Shown: positions 27,101 through 34,913, numbered from the stretch's first letter. The stretch is 37,758 nucleotides of DNA from a virus (IMGVR_UViG_3300042924_000307:1-37758), one strand, 5' to 3'. Translations and numbers: made by a program. The notes: generated by a model from the letters alone, not told the origin.

Positions 27101-28194
27101 GCAAATCCTGATTGCCGCCCAATAAAGGTGTTGTTATTGCCAGTAGTATTACTGAAACCAGCTTGATAACCAAATGCGTCTAATGTTGCACCAGTGGTGT
27201 TTGAATACCCAGCCTGAAAACCAATCGCAGTATTGTTACCCGCTGTGGTGTTGGCTTGGAGGGCTTGCACACCCAATGCAGAATTGTTTGCACCAGTTGT
27301 ATTAGATAAAAGCGCATGAAACCCAGAAGCTGTATTACTGCCACCTGTAGTATTTAACGCAAGAGCGTTTCTTCCAGTAGCGGTATTAGACGAACCTGAT
27401 GTATTTGTAAGAAGTGCTTGTTGACCAATAGCGGTGTTTTCAGTACCAGTATTTGAACCAGCCAAAGCACTAGCACCCACCGCAGTATTGGTAGACACAG
27501 CACCTGCACCACGACCAACAGTCAGACCATAAACAGTCAAATCAGTACCAGAGTACAACAGGTTAGCAGAATCAACCAACGCACCGCCTGTGCTTGCGTA
27601 AACCACGCGACCCGAAGTCAAGCCCGAATCAGCAAGGTCAGCAACCGTCAGGCGTGTGCCGTTAAACACCATGTTGGCAGAGTCAACCAGCAAACCGCTG
27701 GTGCTTGCGTATGGCACACGAGTAGCAGTCAAAGAGTTAACGGTCAGATTGCCCGTCACTGTTAGGTTTGTAAATGTGCCCGAGCCAGAAGTGTTACTCA
27801 CCTTCACAAAGTCAGAGCCGTTCCATGCACAAACAGCAGACTCACCGGCAACAATAGTCACACCAGTCGTTGGGCCAGCACCTACCAACTTGACAGAGAA
27901 GCCGCCTGTAGTGGCGTTGATAACCGTATAAATCTTTGACTGGGCTGGCGCTGTAACCGTACGCAATGCCGTACGTGCACCTGAGAACAAGAGGATAGCT
28001 TGACGAGCCGTATTTGCAGCGCCTGTGGTTGTGGTCAGTGTGACATCAGTATCCACGCTGACGTTGGTTGTACCCGCAACAGAGGTGTCGAGAAGAGATG
28101 TAATGCTGTTGTTTACAGTGTCACCCCAAGTGCCGCTCAATTCGCCTGTGACTGGAAGTGCCAGACCTAAGAGTGATGTATATGCTGTAGTCAT
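24106..28194 (-). CDS. Long tail fibre/spike (1362 aa): ~14-aa NTT[GA]xxNTAVGxxA[LG] beta-roll repeats and C-terminal peptidase S74 intramolecular chaperone
   Basis: Dozens of NTAxG repeats (~24750-27500); SDRRLKENI..LRPVEF..FIAQE plus terminal coiled coil (~24106-24400); N-terminal G..SGTWG..N anchor. Confidence 0.9.
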   Translation of the reverse strand: MTTAYTSLLGLALPVTGELSGTWGDTVNNSITSLLDTSVAGTTNVSVDTDVTLTTTTGAANTARQAILLFSGARTALRTVTAPAQSKIYTVINATTGGFSVKLVGAGPTTGVTIVAGESAVCAWNGSDFVKVSNTSGSGTFTNLTVTGNLTVNSLTATRVPYASTSGLLVDSANMVFNGTRLTVADLADSGLTSGRVVYASTGGALVDSANLLYSGTDLTVYGLTVGRGAGAVSTNTAVGASALAGSNTGTENTAIGQQALLTNTSGSSNTATGRNALALNTTGGSNTASGFHALLSNTTGANNSALGVQALQANTTAGNNTAIGFQAGYSNTTGATLDAFGYQAGFSNTTGNNNTFIGRQSGFANTTGIANTAVGVESLKANTTGNSNTVVGRSALIANTTGSLNTAIGWGSLNASTTAENNTAVGYSALFSNTTASFNTAVGYQAALTNTTGIYLTAIGSGALRSNTTGGYNTAVGWNVLYNNTTGASNLAIGAGDGATYNSALAVNTTGSNNTALGNGALGSNTTASFNTAVGYQALYANTTGTNNVAVGHQAGYANTTGDDNSAFGLGAFAANTTGYQNTAIGRAAMGSNTTGFLNSSLGYTALQFNTTGTFNTALGHGALRFNTTANQNTAVGYQAGYSNTTGANLAAFGGQAGYSNTTGLYNAFFGTNAARSNTTGGSNTAIGEQALYSNTTASNNTAVGYQAAYANTTGTNGVAVGRETLRFNTTGTSNTALGAVSLYANTTGDYNTAVGQSALQSNTTASYNTAVGYQAGYSNTTGLITAFGSQALVANTTGTGNVAVGGYTTGTNYAALTFNTTGSSNTAVGIAALSSNTTASENTAVGYQSLYLNTTGADNTGMGYGALRNNTTSSWSAGFGAYALYNNTTGTNNTALGAQALQTNTTASNNTAVGYQAGYSNTTGISNVALGYQAGYTNTTNSGNTTVGAQAGLNNTADNIVAIGGSALRNNTGAGNTAVGSTAMQLNTSGVANTAVGTYLGGSYFGSMYANTTGSYNNAFGVGTLTNNTTASANNAFGYAALATNTTGTSNSAFGHAALVSNTTGGQNVAFGHTALQFNTTASYNTAVGYQAGYSATTAGYNTFIGQTAGYSTTGVGNTFVGCTNASVGAGYFVTTGTKNTIIGGFHGNQGGLDIRTASNYIVLSDGDGNPRGIFNTNGQMLVGTASFTSYGTFNSYSNDTVPAGRFAGGPSLADGSIALMVDKYSSTNTTSQWFLGFTINNTGTASGVITANGASQATFTSWSDRRLKENIVDLPPQLANIMALRPVEFDYIASEGGGHQISFIAQEFEEIYPDAIGERPDGMKTLSGWAKTEAILVKAIQEQQAIIESLKARLDAANL

Positions 28195-28204
28195 GTTTTA
28201 AACC

Positions 28205-29026
28205 TCAAGTTACAATTTCTTCCCATTCGGGAGTTTGTGTTGTTGCGACTGTAGTCCAAGTGGGTGTCTGCGAATTGCTGATATTTTGCCAGTTTGCGTC
28301 TTGGCTGTCATCTATTGGTTTCCAATATACCGCAATTACATCACCAACTGCACCCGTTGCCGCAACACCTGTCAAAGCTTTAATGCGCTCTGCCACCGTC
28401 ATCGTGCCTACCGCGCCCGTAGTACCAACACCAGTCAGTGCAATTGAGCGATCAGCCGTTACAGAACCAACTTCACCTATCGCAGTGTTTGGTAGCAGAG
28501 GAACAATCACTTGCCCTGCAAGTCCCATAGCGGCAACGCCACTCAGAGCAACCGATGCCGACTGAACAACCGTGCCTACCGCGCCTGTACCTGCAACGCC
28601 TGTTATGGCTTTGCTTCTGTCTGGGCTAACCGTGCCAACTGCGCCAGAGGCCAATACGCCTGACAGGGCAACAGTGGATGAATTAACAACCGAGCCAACC
28701 GCGCCTGTAGCCGCTACACCCGAAAGATCAACGGCCTTGCTCTGAACAACTGTACCAACTGCGCCCGATGCGGCTACGCCTGTGAGGGCTACAAAAACTT
28801 CAATACCAACTGTGCCAACTTCACCTGTCGCTACATCACCCTGCTCGGGAATAATGATCGACTCTGTGACATCCCCAACTGCGCCCGATGCGGCTACGCC
28901 CGTAAGAGCGACTGTGCGATCAGCCGTGACAGAGCCAACCGCACCAGAAGCGGCAACGCCTGTTGCATCGAGAGTACCGCCCCAGCCATTACTCCCCCAC
29001 GCGCCGTCGCCCCAGCCGAGAGACAT
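28205..29026 (-). CDS. Structural protein made of ~20-aa (V/I)ALTGVAA(S/T)GAVG repeats
   Basis: Repeats visible in the protein; identical 26-nt blocks at 28755-28780 and 28875-28900; N-terminal WG repeats. Confidence 0.75.
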   Translation of the reverse strand: MSLGWGDGAWGSNGWGGTLDATGVAASGAVGSVTADRTVALTGVAASGAVGDVTESIIIPEQGDVATGEVGTVGIEVFVALTGVAASGAVGTVVQSKAVDLSGVAATGAVGSVVNSSTVALSGVLASGAVGTVSPDRSKAITGVAGTGAVGTVVQSASVALSGVAAMGLAGQVIVPLLPNTAIGEVGSVTADRSIALTGVGTTGAVGTMTVAERIKALTGVAATGAVGDVIAVYWKPIDDSQDANWQNISNSQTPTWTTVATTQTPEWEEIVT

Positions 29027-29036
29027 GGCTTACCTT

Positions 29037-29513
29037 TTAGGTTGTGGACAAGCGCAGCAAAGCGGTTGTTGTGGTGTTGGAAGGCATGGTCAGAGTGAAC
29101 GTACCAGCCGTGATGGTCTGAGAGCCGAATGTATGAACAGACACCGCCTTGTCAGACTGGCTGCTGTTATAGATCAACACGCAATCAAACGCTGTGCTCA
29201 AAGTCACAGTTGTGTACGTGATAGATGCCGAAGGTGTCCAGTACGCCACGCCAGCAGTTGCTGAGCTGTTTGTAGCAATCGGAGCCGTAGCGTTAGTCAC
29301 CGTAACACCGCCAGCCGTGTAGCCTGTACCCGTCACCTCGTTGGTAGATGAGTAAGCTGTGGTAGCTGCGTTAACAGTAGCTGAAGTCAAATACAGCGCT
29401 GCCTTGAATGTATCGGCAGTAGTAGCCGCACGGATCGGAGCAGTGCCAAAGTTGTGAGTGGCCGTCATGAGTTCGCCCATGAACGAAGTGCACATTGATT
29501 GAGTATTTGCCAT
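29037..29513 (-). CDS. Structural (tail-associated) protein, paralog B
   Basis: AAGGAG RBS supports the MANTQ start at 29513; K.ALY..TT.YS.TNEVTG.GY.AGG motif. Confidence 0.75.
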   Translation of the reverse strand: MANTQSMCTSFMGELMTATHNFGTAPIRAATTADTFKAALYLTSATVNAATTAYSSTNEVTGTGYTAGGVTVTNATAPIATNSSATAGVAYWTPSASITYTTVTLSTAFDCVLIYNSSQSDKAVSVHTFGSQTITAGTFTLTMPSNTTTTALLRLSTT

Positions 29514-29523
29514 TTGTGGCTCC

Positions 29524-29718
29524 TTATGCAATTGATGCGGCTTCAGCAGCCACGTAAGTTAATGGTTTCTTCAGAGTCACATGGGCCGACCGGTGAACTA
29601 ACTCACCCTCAAGCCAATACTCTACCCAAGTGGTGGTCTCATTGTCATTATCTACGACCCCTTCTTTTTTCTCAAGAAGAGAATCATCCATTTCGCCTTT
29701 GGTGGTAGTAACGATCAA
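29524..29718 (-). CDS. Small hypothetical protein (WVEYWL.GELVHRS)
   Basis: TTG start overlapping the upstream stop; AGGAG RBS. Confidence 0.7.
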   Translation of the reverse strand: MIVTTTKGEMDDSLLEKKEGVVDNDNETTTWVEYWLEGELVHRSAHVTLKKPLTYVAAEAASIA

Positions 29719-30131
29719 TTTGAACTCCTGATTAAAGCTGCCGTTGCAGTGTTGGCAGGCATTGTGATTGTGAAATTTGCAGATGTTTTGTCTGAACCAA
29801 AATCCAGCACGGCAATAGATTTATTACCCCGAGTCACGTTGTAGATCAAAGCACAACGAGAAGTTACGGATGCATTAAACACAACGTTATTAAAGTTAAT
29901 GTAAGCCGTATACCCATCAGAGTTAAGCGTCACCCCGGTTAGAGTGACACCGCCCGCTACATAACCACCGCCAGTCACTTCATTGGTTGTAGAGTAAATG
30001 GTTGTAGCTTCGTTTAAATTTGCGTTTGCTGTGTACAAAGCAATCTTGAGCGTGTCCGTAAGCATGTTGTGAACAGCTTGGTACAGCTCCGTCTTGAAGC
30101 TTGTGGTTTGAGTTTGGACAATTGAACTCAT
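29715..30131 (-). CDS. Structural (tail-associated) protein, paralog A
   Basis: Colinear similarity with 29037..29513. Confidence 0.75.
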   Translation of the reverse strand: MSSIVQTQTTSFKTELYQAVHNMLTDTLKIALYTANANLNEATTIYSTTNEVTGGGYVAGGVTLTGVTLNSDGYTAYINFNNVVFNASVTSRCALIYNVTRGNKSIAVLDFGSDKTSANFTITMPANTATAALIRSSN

Positions 30132-30976
30132 GAAACTTGAACCCTAACCTGTCCATCTCGGTAGGCATCACCACGTTGCTTACCATCACCAAGGTTTTTA
30201 TACAAAGCAATTGCCTGCATGTAACGCTCTTGAGCAAGGCCAATCATATCTGCCTCACCCTTCATGTAAACAAGAGCTTCACAGATCGTGCCGTACAGCA
30301 GTACAGAATCAAAGTTATCACCCAACCATGTAGTTCCAGCGGTAACGATAGACTCTGGGTAGTAGTAATAATGCAGCTCTGCAACGTAAGTTGCATTGGG
30401 TGTTGGGCCAACAATAAACGACAACTCGTTTGTAACCGTACCGCCAGTGACAGTAGGGCCGAACAGTGCGTAGTGCTTAGGCTCAGCCACATAAGATGAC
30501 AGAGGATAAGCAGAGCGGATGAAGTTCACATCCTTGTTTAACAAGTACAAGTAGTCACCTTGAAAGGTCACCGAGCTTGAGACTGTGGTTGCGTTGTTCT
30601 CAGTCAAGTAGATTGTAGTTCCGCTAATGCTACGAACAACGGCATTAGTCCCAATACCTGAACCTGTAACTTGCTGGCCCACCGCAATACCTGTCGTAGA
30701 TGCCACTACAATTGACTTTGCTCCGGCAGTGCCGGTAGCAGTTGTTGTGTTCTGCGGATATACCGCAAGGCTATATACAGAGAGGAAATCCTCTGGTGCA
30801 GACAAGTACTTGTTTGTTGAGGTAATCGTGCCTGTCACGTTCTTTCGCAAGTTGGCTGGCTGCGCAGTGTTATAGATGCGCTGCTCCGCCTGACGTATGA
30901 ACGTATTCATATTGTCAGTTGGGAAAGAGTTCTCGCAGTAATCGCTTACCTGCGTGACAAGCTCGGTGTAGTTCAT
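30128..30976 (-). CDS. Putative head-tail adaptor/connector protein with inserted beta-rich domain
   Basis: MNY.EL...FI.QAE.RI, P.DFL, GPTP..Y..ELHY, LLYG.I.EA pattern of adaptor proteins. Confidence 0.65.
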   Translation of the reverse strand: MNYTELVTQVSDYCENSFPTDNMNTFIRQAEQRIYNTAQPANLRKNVTGTITSTNKYLSAPEDFLSVYSLAVYPQNTTTATGTAGAKSIVVASTTGIAVGQQVTGSGIGTNAVVRSISGTTIYLTENNATTVSSSVTFQGDYLYLLNKDVNFIRSAYPLSSYVAEPKHYALFGPTVTGGTVTNELSFIVGPTPNATYVAELHYYYYPESIVTAGTTWLGDNFDSVLLYGTICEALVYMKGEADMIGLAQERYMQAIALYKNLGDGKQRGDAYRDGQVRVQVS

Positions 30977-31236
30977 GCCATCGGGCCTCTACTCATAAAG
31001 CCTTTGGTAGCTGCTCCAGCGCCACGCATTTTGATACCAGTTGTCTTTGTTGCTGGCTGTGCACGGCGACTAATATTTCCAACAGACATATTGACGGTAT
31101 TGGCATCGCTATGGTCAGGGCCAGAACCGGGATTTTCGGAAGCTTTAACAACTTTACCGGTCATGGTGTGAGGTGTGGCATAGACAGAAGCATCGCCAAC
31201 TTCTTTACCCATTAATTTTTTGCTAAATGTAGCCAT
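30973..31236 (-). CDS. Small basic protein (RGAGAATKG motif)
   Basis: GAGG RBS, coupled to the next gene. Confidence 0.7.
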   Translation of the reverse strand: MATFSKKLMGKEVGDASVYATPHTMTGKVVKASENPGSGPDHSDANTVNMSVGNISRRAQPATKTTGIKMRGAGAATKGFMSRGPMA

Positions 31237-31238
31237 GA

Positions 31239-31427
31239 TTAGCCTCGTTTCTGTGCGGCAATTTTTGCCAAGTTACGGCCCATAGACAACATATCGGCAT
31301 TGGTTTTACCCTTACCTTTACCTTTTCCACCGTGCATCATTTTAGCAACGGGGCCGCTATCACCATAGTTTTTACCTTCGGTCTTGCCTTTTTTAGCAAT
31401 ACCGTCAGCTGATTTTGTAAATGCCAT
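31239..31427 (-). CDS. Small basic protein (ADGIAKKGKT; MMHGG)
   Basis: AAGGAG RBS supports the MAFTKS start at 31427. Confidence 0.75.
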   Translation of the reverse strand: MAFTKSADGIAKKGKTEGKNYGDSGPVAKMMHGGKGKGKGKTNADMLSMGRNLAKIAAQKRG

Positions 31428-31437
31428 AATTAACTCC

Positions 31438-31821
31438 TTAAGATATTGATACTGTACCAACAAATGTTGTTGCCACCAAGTAGTTTGGTGTCAATCCTGC
31501 ATCAAAAAACCTAGCTCCGCCAACAGGTGACCAGCCCCACTGAATGTCTCGTGAACCACCTGATGGATTGCCGCTTGCGTTTACACCCGAAGTCACATAA
31601 GTTGTGTCCTTGCGAGGGTTACGCAAAGCCTGTGGATCATCCACTGGAAACGTTCCAAGCATTAACTGCGGTTGATCTGGATCCCAACACTCAGGGCAAA
31701 CCAACAACTCATACTTACGCTGCTTAATAATTTCATTCTTAAGCTTTTTGAGTTTAAACTGCTGGCCGCAGCGATCACATTCAGCAATCGCTATCTTGCC
31801 GGATGCGAAACGATTACCCAT
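31438..31821 (-). CDS. Zinc-ribbon protein (CDRC...CPEC-W-D.D.PQ)
   Basis: Two CxxC pairs; TAATG coupling. Confidence 0.75.
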   Translation of the reverse strand: MGNRFASGKIAIAECDRCGQQFKLKKLKNEIIKQRKYELLVCPECWDPDQPQLMLGTFPVDDPQALRNPRKDTTYVTSGVNASGNPSGGSRDIQWGWSPVGGARFFDAGLTPNYLVATTFVGTVSIS

Positions 31822-32747
31822 TATGTGTTACCTATGTACGTCTGACGAGGTACAAACCTAACAGCTGCTTTTTCTCGGTCTTCACCGGCTGCAGTCTCAA
31901 ATGTCTCATCGTAAATCTGTTTTAACATCTGGATGCGGGGCATCAGCTCAGGTACTTTAACTGCGATGTGATAAGCCAATCCAGCCACCAAACATGGCAG
32001 GAAGCGGAAGTTCATATCAGATGTTTCCATACCTGCACCCGCATCCTGCACTCGCCTCAAGCGCCAGTACACGAATTGATAGGTGGTGGTGTTATCAGGT
32101 GTAGGCCATACAGTAATGGCAGGAAGCTGCGGGACAAAGACTGCTGTGCCATCTGCTTGAGCGGCGGCTGTAGTGTTGTTCTGACCACGATAAACACCGC
32201 CAAGAGTGTTACCTGATATGTAGGTATAGTAGATGTCTTCTGAGTTTAAACGAATAAATCCTGCTCCCGCTAACCCAACCACCGTGTTAAGCGTGATCGT
32301 TGTTGCCGTGGAGGTGATGGCTCCATCCAAGACTGCATTCGTTGGATTAGTTTGCCCAGAAAGCCTTTGAATCCAAACTTGGATTGGTCTTGCTTGACTG
32401 AGTTTGTTTGGGATTGTTGCATAGGTAGAAACACTAATACGAGTGATAGTTAAATCAGCTTGAGTAGAAGATGTATTAGCTCCTGTGCGGATAACGTGTT
32501 CTAACAGATCAATAGTATCTGTAGGCAGGGCATACGTAGCTAAACCCGGAGTTAGGTTGATAATACCCTGCTCCATAGTCCACATGTTGATACCTTTGTT
32601 CTGCCACTCAATGGTCATTAGGTTCATAGATCTGCGTGCTGTGCGCAAGTCATAACCTGAACGCATTTCCCGACCCGCACGCTCCCACGCTTCCTCGGCG
32701 ATCTCCGTGAAGTCCATGTTGAACAGTGTGGTTCCGGTAGTGGTCAT
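31821..32747 (-). CDS. Putative head-tail adaptor / tail tubular protein A-like with inserted beta-rich domain
   Basis: EEAWER.G..ARRS.NL...W.N.G, WPTPD, FLPCLVAGLAY..A, Y.E.F..A..ED. Confidence 0.65.
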   Translation of the reverse strand: MTTTGTTLFNMDFTEIAEEAWERAGREMRSGYDLRTARRSMNLMTIEWQNKGINMWTMEQGIINLTPGLATYALPTDTIDLLEHVIRTGANTSSTQADLTITRISVSTYATIPNKLSQARPIQVWIQRLSGQTNPTNAVLDGAITSTATTITLNTVVGLAGAGFIRLNSEDIYYTYISGNTLGGVYRGQNNTTAAAQADGTAVFVPQLPAITVWPTPDNTTTYQFVYWRLRRVQDAGAGMETSDMNFRFLPCLVAGLAYHIAVKVPELMPRIQMLKQIYDETFETAAGEDREKAAVRFVPRQTYIGNT

Positions 32748-32977
32748 CTAAATCCTGCCGTTTTCTTTGCAATCGTTTTAGGTTGGGCTACAAACTGTTT
32801 GCCTGATGCCTTGCCAGCACGTTTGGCTTTGGTCGTAGCCGCATACTCTTGAGGAGACAATGACTTAATTGCTGCTTCAGGCAAATACCGCTCACCCGTC
32901 TTGCTTGACGGTTTACCAGACTTAGTGCGCCACTTTTGGTCGCCCCAGTCTTTAAGCGATTTCTGAGGAGCTTTCAA
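32744..32977 (-). CDS. Small basic protein (DUF5872-like C-terminal half)
   Basis: QKSLKDW..QKW.T..RYLP...GKQFV; TTG start with GGAGG upstream. Confidence 0.65.
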   Translation of the reverse strand: MKAPQKSLKDWGDQKWRTKSGKPSSKTGERYLPEAAIKSLSPQEYAATTKAKRAGKASGKQFVAQPKTIAKKTAGFR

Positions 32978-33249
32978 TCTCTGTATCCTCCGCCAGCTTC
33001 CTTGTATTTCTTAGCTACAAGCTGAGCTTTACGAGCCGACCATTGGCCTGCGCCAGTACCGTGGGTTGCTGCGGCTTTTACTTGAGACACAATCCGCTTG
33101 CGCAGACTAGGCTTGGTGTAATTACCTGCGGCATTAACTTTTCCGCCTTCAGCGTACTGCGTGAAATCAGTGCTGTCACGGCGGGCTTTCTTCTTCCCGC
33201 CGGGCATCTTAGAGGGAGATATTGCTCCCATCCCACGGCTTGCCATCAT
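32974..33249 (-). CDS. Small basic protein (YAEGG tag plus DUF5872-like N-terminal half)
   Basis: NYTKP.LR...GQWSARKAQL....Y...GGGY. Confidence 0.7.
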   Translation of the reverse strand: MMASRGMGAISPSKMPGGKKKARRDSTDFTQYAEGGKVNAAGNYTKPSLRKRIVSQVKAAATHGTGAGQWSARKAQLVAKKYKEAGGGYRD

Positions 33250-33250
33250 G

Positions 33251-33778
33251 TCAGCACTTTCCGCCGTAGTTCATCTTGATCATTGTGCCTTTAGTTTTAC
33301 CTTTAGTGGCACAACCATCTGCACGACTAGACGCAGAAGAAACAGAGCCACCTTTAGCAAACTTACTGCCGGGGAAGCTATTGTCAGGACGATCTGGTGA
33401 AAACACTTTTGGCTTTGGCTTTTGCGTAGTTTGTTTTGGAGCAGACCCGGGAGGTGTGTAACGAGGCGTTCTCATATCACGAGTGGCATCAATAGAATCT
33501 GCAGCTTCTTGTGCTGCTTTATCAGGAGAATCACCAGCGGTAGGATCTTTGGAAACACGACGCTTTAAACCACGCTCACGGTTTAGATAATCGCGCAAAC
33601 TCATGCCGGATTCTTCTAATTCTTTCTTAGAAACAACTCGGTTCTTGGGCTTTTCAGATTTAGGAGCTTTTTCATTTTTTGGGCCAGCGCCCATAGATGA
33701 AGCAATGTCCATAGCTTCTTGGGAAGCATTTGCCTCCTCTAAAATAGAACCGCCATCTTCATAAAATCTACGTTTCAT
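33251..33778 (-). CDS. Small basic disordered protein with YEDGG, FAKGG..ADGCATKGKTKG..MNYGGKC
   Basis: AAGGAG RBS; shared motif family. Confidence 0.75.
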   Translation of the reverse strand: MKRRFYEDGGSILEEANASQEAMDIASSMGAGPKNEKAPKSEKPKNRVVSKKELEESGMSLRDYLNRERGLKRRVSKDPTAGDSPDKAAQEAADSIDATRDMRTPRYTPPGSAPKQTTQKPKPKVFSPDRPDNSFPGSKFAKGGSVSSASSRADGCATKGKTKGTMIKMNYGGKC

Positions 33779-33787
33779 GTTAGCTCC

Positions 33788-34159
33788 TTAGCACTTGCCG
33801 CCACGTTTCATGGCAATCATTGTTCCTTTGGTTTTGCCTTTAGAAGCAATGCCATCAGGTGTTTTGCCAGTCTTTACAGCGCCCATCTTAGATGCAGCCA
33901 TACCGCCACCAGCCAGTTTAGTCATAGAAGAACCTTTGTGCAAACGGCCTTCGTGTTTGTTTACGGCCTTCTGCATCATTTTCTTGTCCATTTTTACGTC
34001 TTCGTGTTTCATGTCGCCACCTTTAGAAAATTTACGGCCTTTGTCAGCCTCGTTAAACTCTTTACCCACAGACTGTGGGACGCCTGCTTTCTTAGCAAAC
34101 GCTGGGTTGTTAGCCACCGCCGCCATGAAATTGTGTTGCTTCTTGCTTGTGCTTGGCAT
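33788..34159 (-). CDS. Small basic protein MPSTSKKQHNFM... with FSKGG, LAGGG, DGIASKGKTKG, MKRGGKC
   Basis: TAATG coupling; shared motif family. Confidence 0.75.
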   Translation of the reverse strand: MPSTSKKQHNFMAAVANNPAFAKKAGVPQSVGKEFNEADKGRKFSKGGDMKHEDVKMDKKMMQKAVNKHEGRLHKGSSMTKLAGGGMAASKMGAVKTGKTPDGIASKGKTKGTMIAMKRGGKC

Positions 34160-34428
34160 TACAGCACTCGACCCTTAGTCTTACCACGTTGGGCAATACC
34201 ATCAGCGCGTTTAGAAGCGGAACCAACTTTACCGCCTTTATTAAATTTTTTAGACCAGCTAACTCCATACCCCTTACCAACTTTGGCGGGTGCTAACGTA
34301 CCACCACCTAGAGGGATGCTTACAGCATCACGAAGACTTTTGCCAAGTGATGATGGCTCCCCAAAGTTTGGTGTGCCTTCACTTCTGGGTGGTGGTGATG
34401 GTGGTGGTGTAGGTGTTCCATTTGACAT
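34159..34428 (-). CDS. Small basic protein with Pro-rich N-terminus, FNKGG..ADGIAQRGKTKG
   Basis: AAAGGA RBS; shared motif family. Confidence 0.7.
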   Translation of the reverse strand: MSNGTPTPPPSPPPRSEGTPNFGEPSSLGKSLRDAVSIPLGGGTLAPAKVGKGYGVSWSKKFNKGGKVGSASKRADGIAQRGKTKGRVL

Positions 34429-34434
34429 GATTAG

Positions 34435-34680
34435 TTATCCTTTTTGAATAAGCTGGTCAATTTTTGCTTCAAGTTTGTTAAAGCGCTGGTCAATGTGGTT
34501 TGTAATGCGGTCAACTTCTGCTTGAGTAACGTTATCACGGGCAACCTCCTCACGAGTTTTGTTCAACAGGATCGTGACACGAGCCAGTTCCCTGAACTTT
34601 TCGTTCATCATGTAGCCCAGCAATCCAATCACTAACGATAGGATGGCAGACCAAGCGGTATTTAGATCTAACAATTCCAT
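34435..34680 (-). CDS. Small protein with N-terminal TM helix and coiled coil
   Basis: AWSAILSLVIGLLGYMM followed by heptads (RFNKLEAKIDQL); GAGGG RBS. Confidence 0.75.
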   Translation of the reverse strand: MELLDLNTAWSAILSLVIGLLGYMMNEKFRELARVTILLNKTREEVARDNVTQAEVDRITNHIDQRFNKLEAKIDQLIQKG

Positions 34681-34913
34681 GCCCTCAATGCTTTATTGAT
34701 CCGTGAATCCGGGTCGTTTGCCGTCTTTGCACTTGTCAGTTTCTTCTTCATGCCACTCATCCTTGCACAGAAAGAGTCGCGCCGTGAGCCGCCTTCCGGC
34801 TGGGGAGGTTTCAAGTTCATGCCTTGCGCTTTCGCGGAGGCCCGACCCTTGGCGTTCAAGCCGCCCTTCTCGGACTTGCCTTCTTTCCTCTGCCATGCTG
34901 GACTCTTAGCCAT
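34668..34913 (-). CDS. Small basic protein, DUF6321-like
   Basis: GGLNAKGR..LKPP..RRDSFCARM..DPDSRINKALRAWNC. Confidence 0.7.
   Translation of the reverse strand: MAKSPAWQRKEGKSEKGGLNAKGRASAKAQGMNLKPPQPEGGSRRDSFCARMSGMKKKLTSAKTANDPDSRINKALRAWNC

Noticed and set aside
24106-28194. Possible CRISPR array or DGR template/variable repeat in the tail fibre
   Set aside because: Repeats are in-frame coding units that vary mainly at synonymous sites. There is no constant repeat-spacer pattern, no adenine-specific TR/VR pair and no reverse transcriptase in the window.
33251-34159. GG motifs as ubiquitin-like conjugation termini
   Set aside because: No beta-grasp domain or E1/E2-like gene in the window, and the GG is internal or followed by KC; kept only as a targeting/cleavage hypothesis.
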